NCBI GenBank assembly: GCA_902779035.1
Contig: CACZAH010000001.1
Location: 24,591 to 88,590, forward strand
Reading direction: 5' to 3'
DNA: 64,000 nt
From: an uncultured Erysipelotrichaceae bacterium
Lineage (GTDB): Bacteria > Bacillota_I > Bacilli_A > RF39 > UBA660
Under the pieces are notes generated by a model, which was given only the letters and a program-made list of their open reading frames with translations, did not search any database and had not been told where the DNA came from. The position numbers and the translations under genes were made by a program. The number at the start of each line of letters is the position of its first letter. Position 1 is the stretch's first letter. Shown here piece after piece: positions 63,936 to 64,000 of the stretch.

Positions 63936-64000
63936 TTTCTCACCTCTCATTTACAGTTTTACCATTTTTTATATTTTTATACCCTAATTATCAATTTTTT

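Overview
This is a very AT-rich chromosomal segment from an endospore-forming Bacillota (Firmicutes) bacterium. All family calls below come from motif recognition by eye; no database search was run.

Conserved backbone:
- 1-4273 (minus strand): a Tad/Flp-like pilus gene set headed by a large secreted protein with a dockerin module.
- 4.4-8.8 kb: scpA-scpB, tRNA-Leu(CAA), uppP and a TrmA/RumA-family RNA methyltransferase.
- 43-49 kb: a lipoprotein, a P-type cation (Ca2+-type) ATPase, a glucosaminidase-like hydrolase, a thioredoxin-like protein and the cotJ spore-coat genes.
- 61-64 kb: a 7-tRNA cluster and the Bacillus-type mbl-spoIIID-spoIIQ block.

Island 1 (about 10.25-42.9 kb, genes on the minus strand):
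- DUF3800 and metallophosphoesterase genes.
- An amidase_3/LysM cell-wall hydrolase gene split with codon precision by a 16.9-kb large-serine-recombinase element (attL core 12745-12746, attR core 29610-29611).
- That element carries a seven-gene, translationally coupled Type I R-M operon (AbiEi-like, Fic, hsdM, unknown, hsdS, unknown, hsdR) plus Gabija (gajA-gajB).
- Beyond attR: a DUF4143 AAA ATPase flanked by 83-bp direct repeats, and a type II-like Wadjet operon (jetABCD) with a fifth SEC-C-motif gene.
- Also a CarD-like protein, an Abi_2 (HEPN) gene and a candidate type I toxin locus.

Island 2 (about 49.1-61.0 kb, between cotJC and the tRNA cluster):
- A second Type I R-M operon coupled to a GmrSD-like (DUF262/DUF1524) gene.
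- It includes an unknown membrane protein and an HsdS with a ~206-aa N-terminal extension.
- A SWIM zinc-finger protein and a solitary MvaI/BcnI-like endonuclease.

No rRNA, CRISPR array or transposase was seen.
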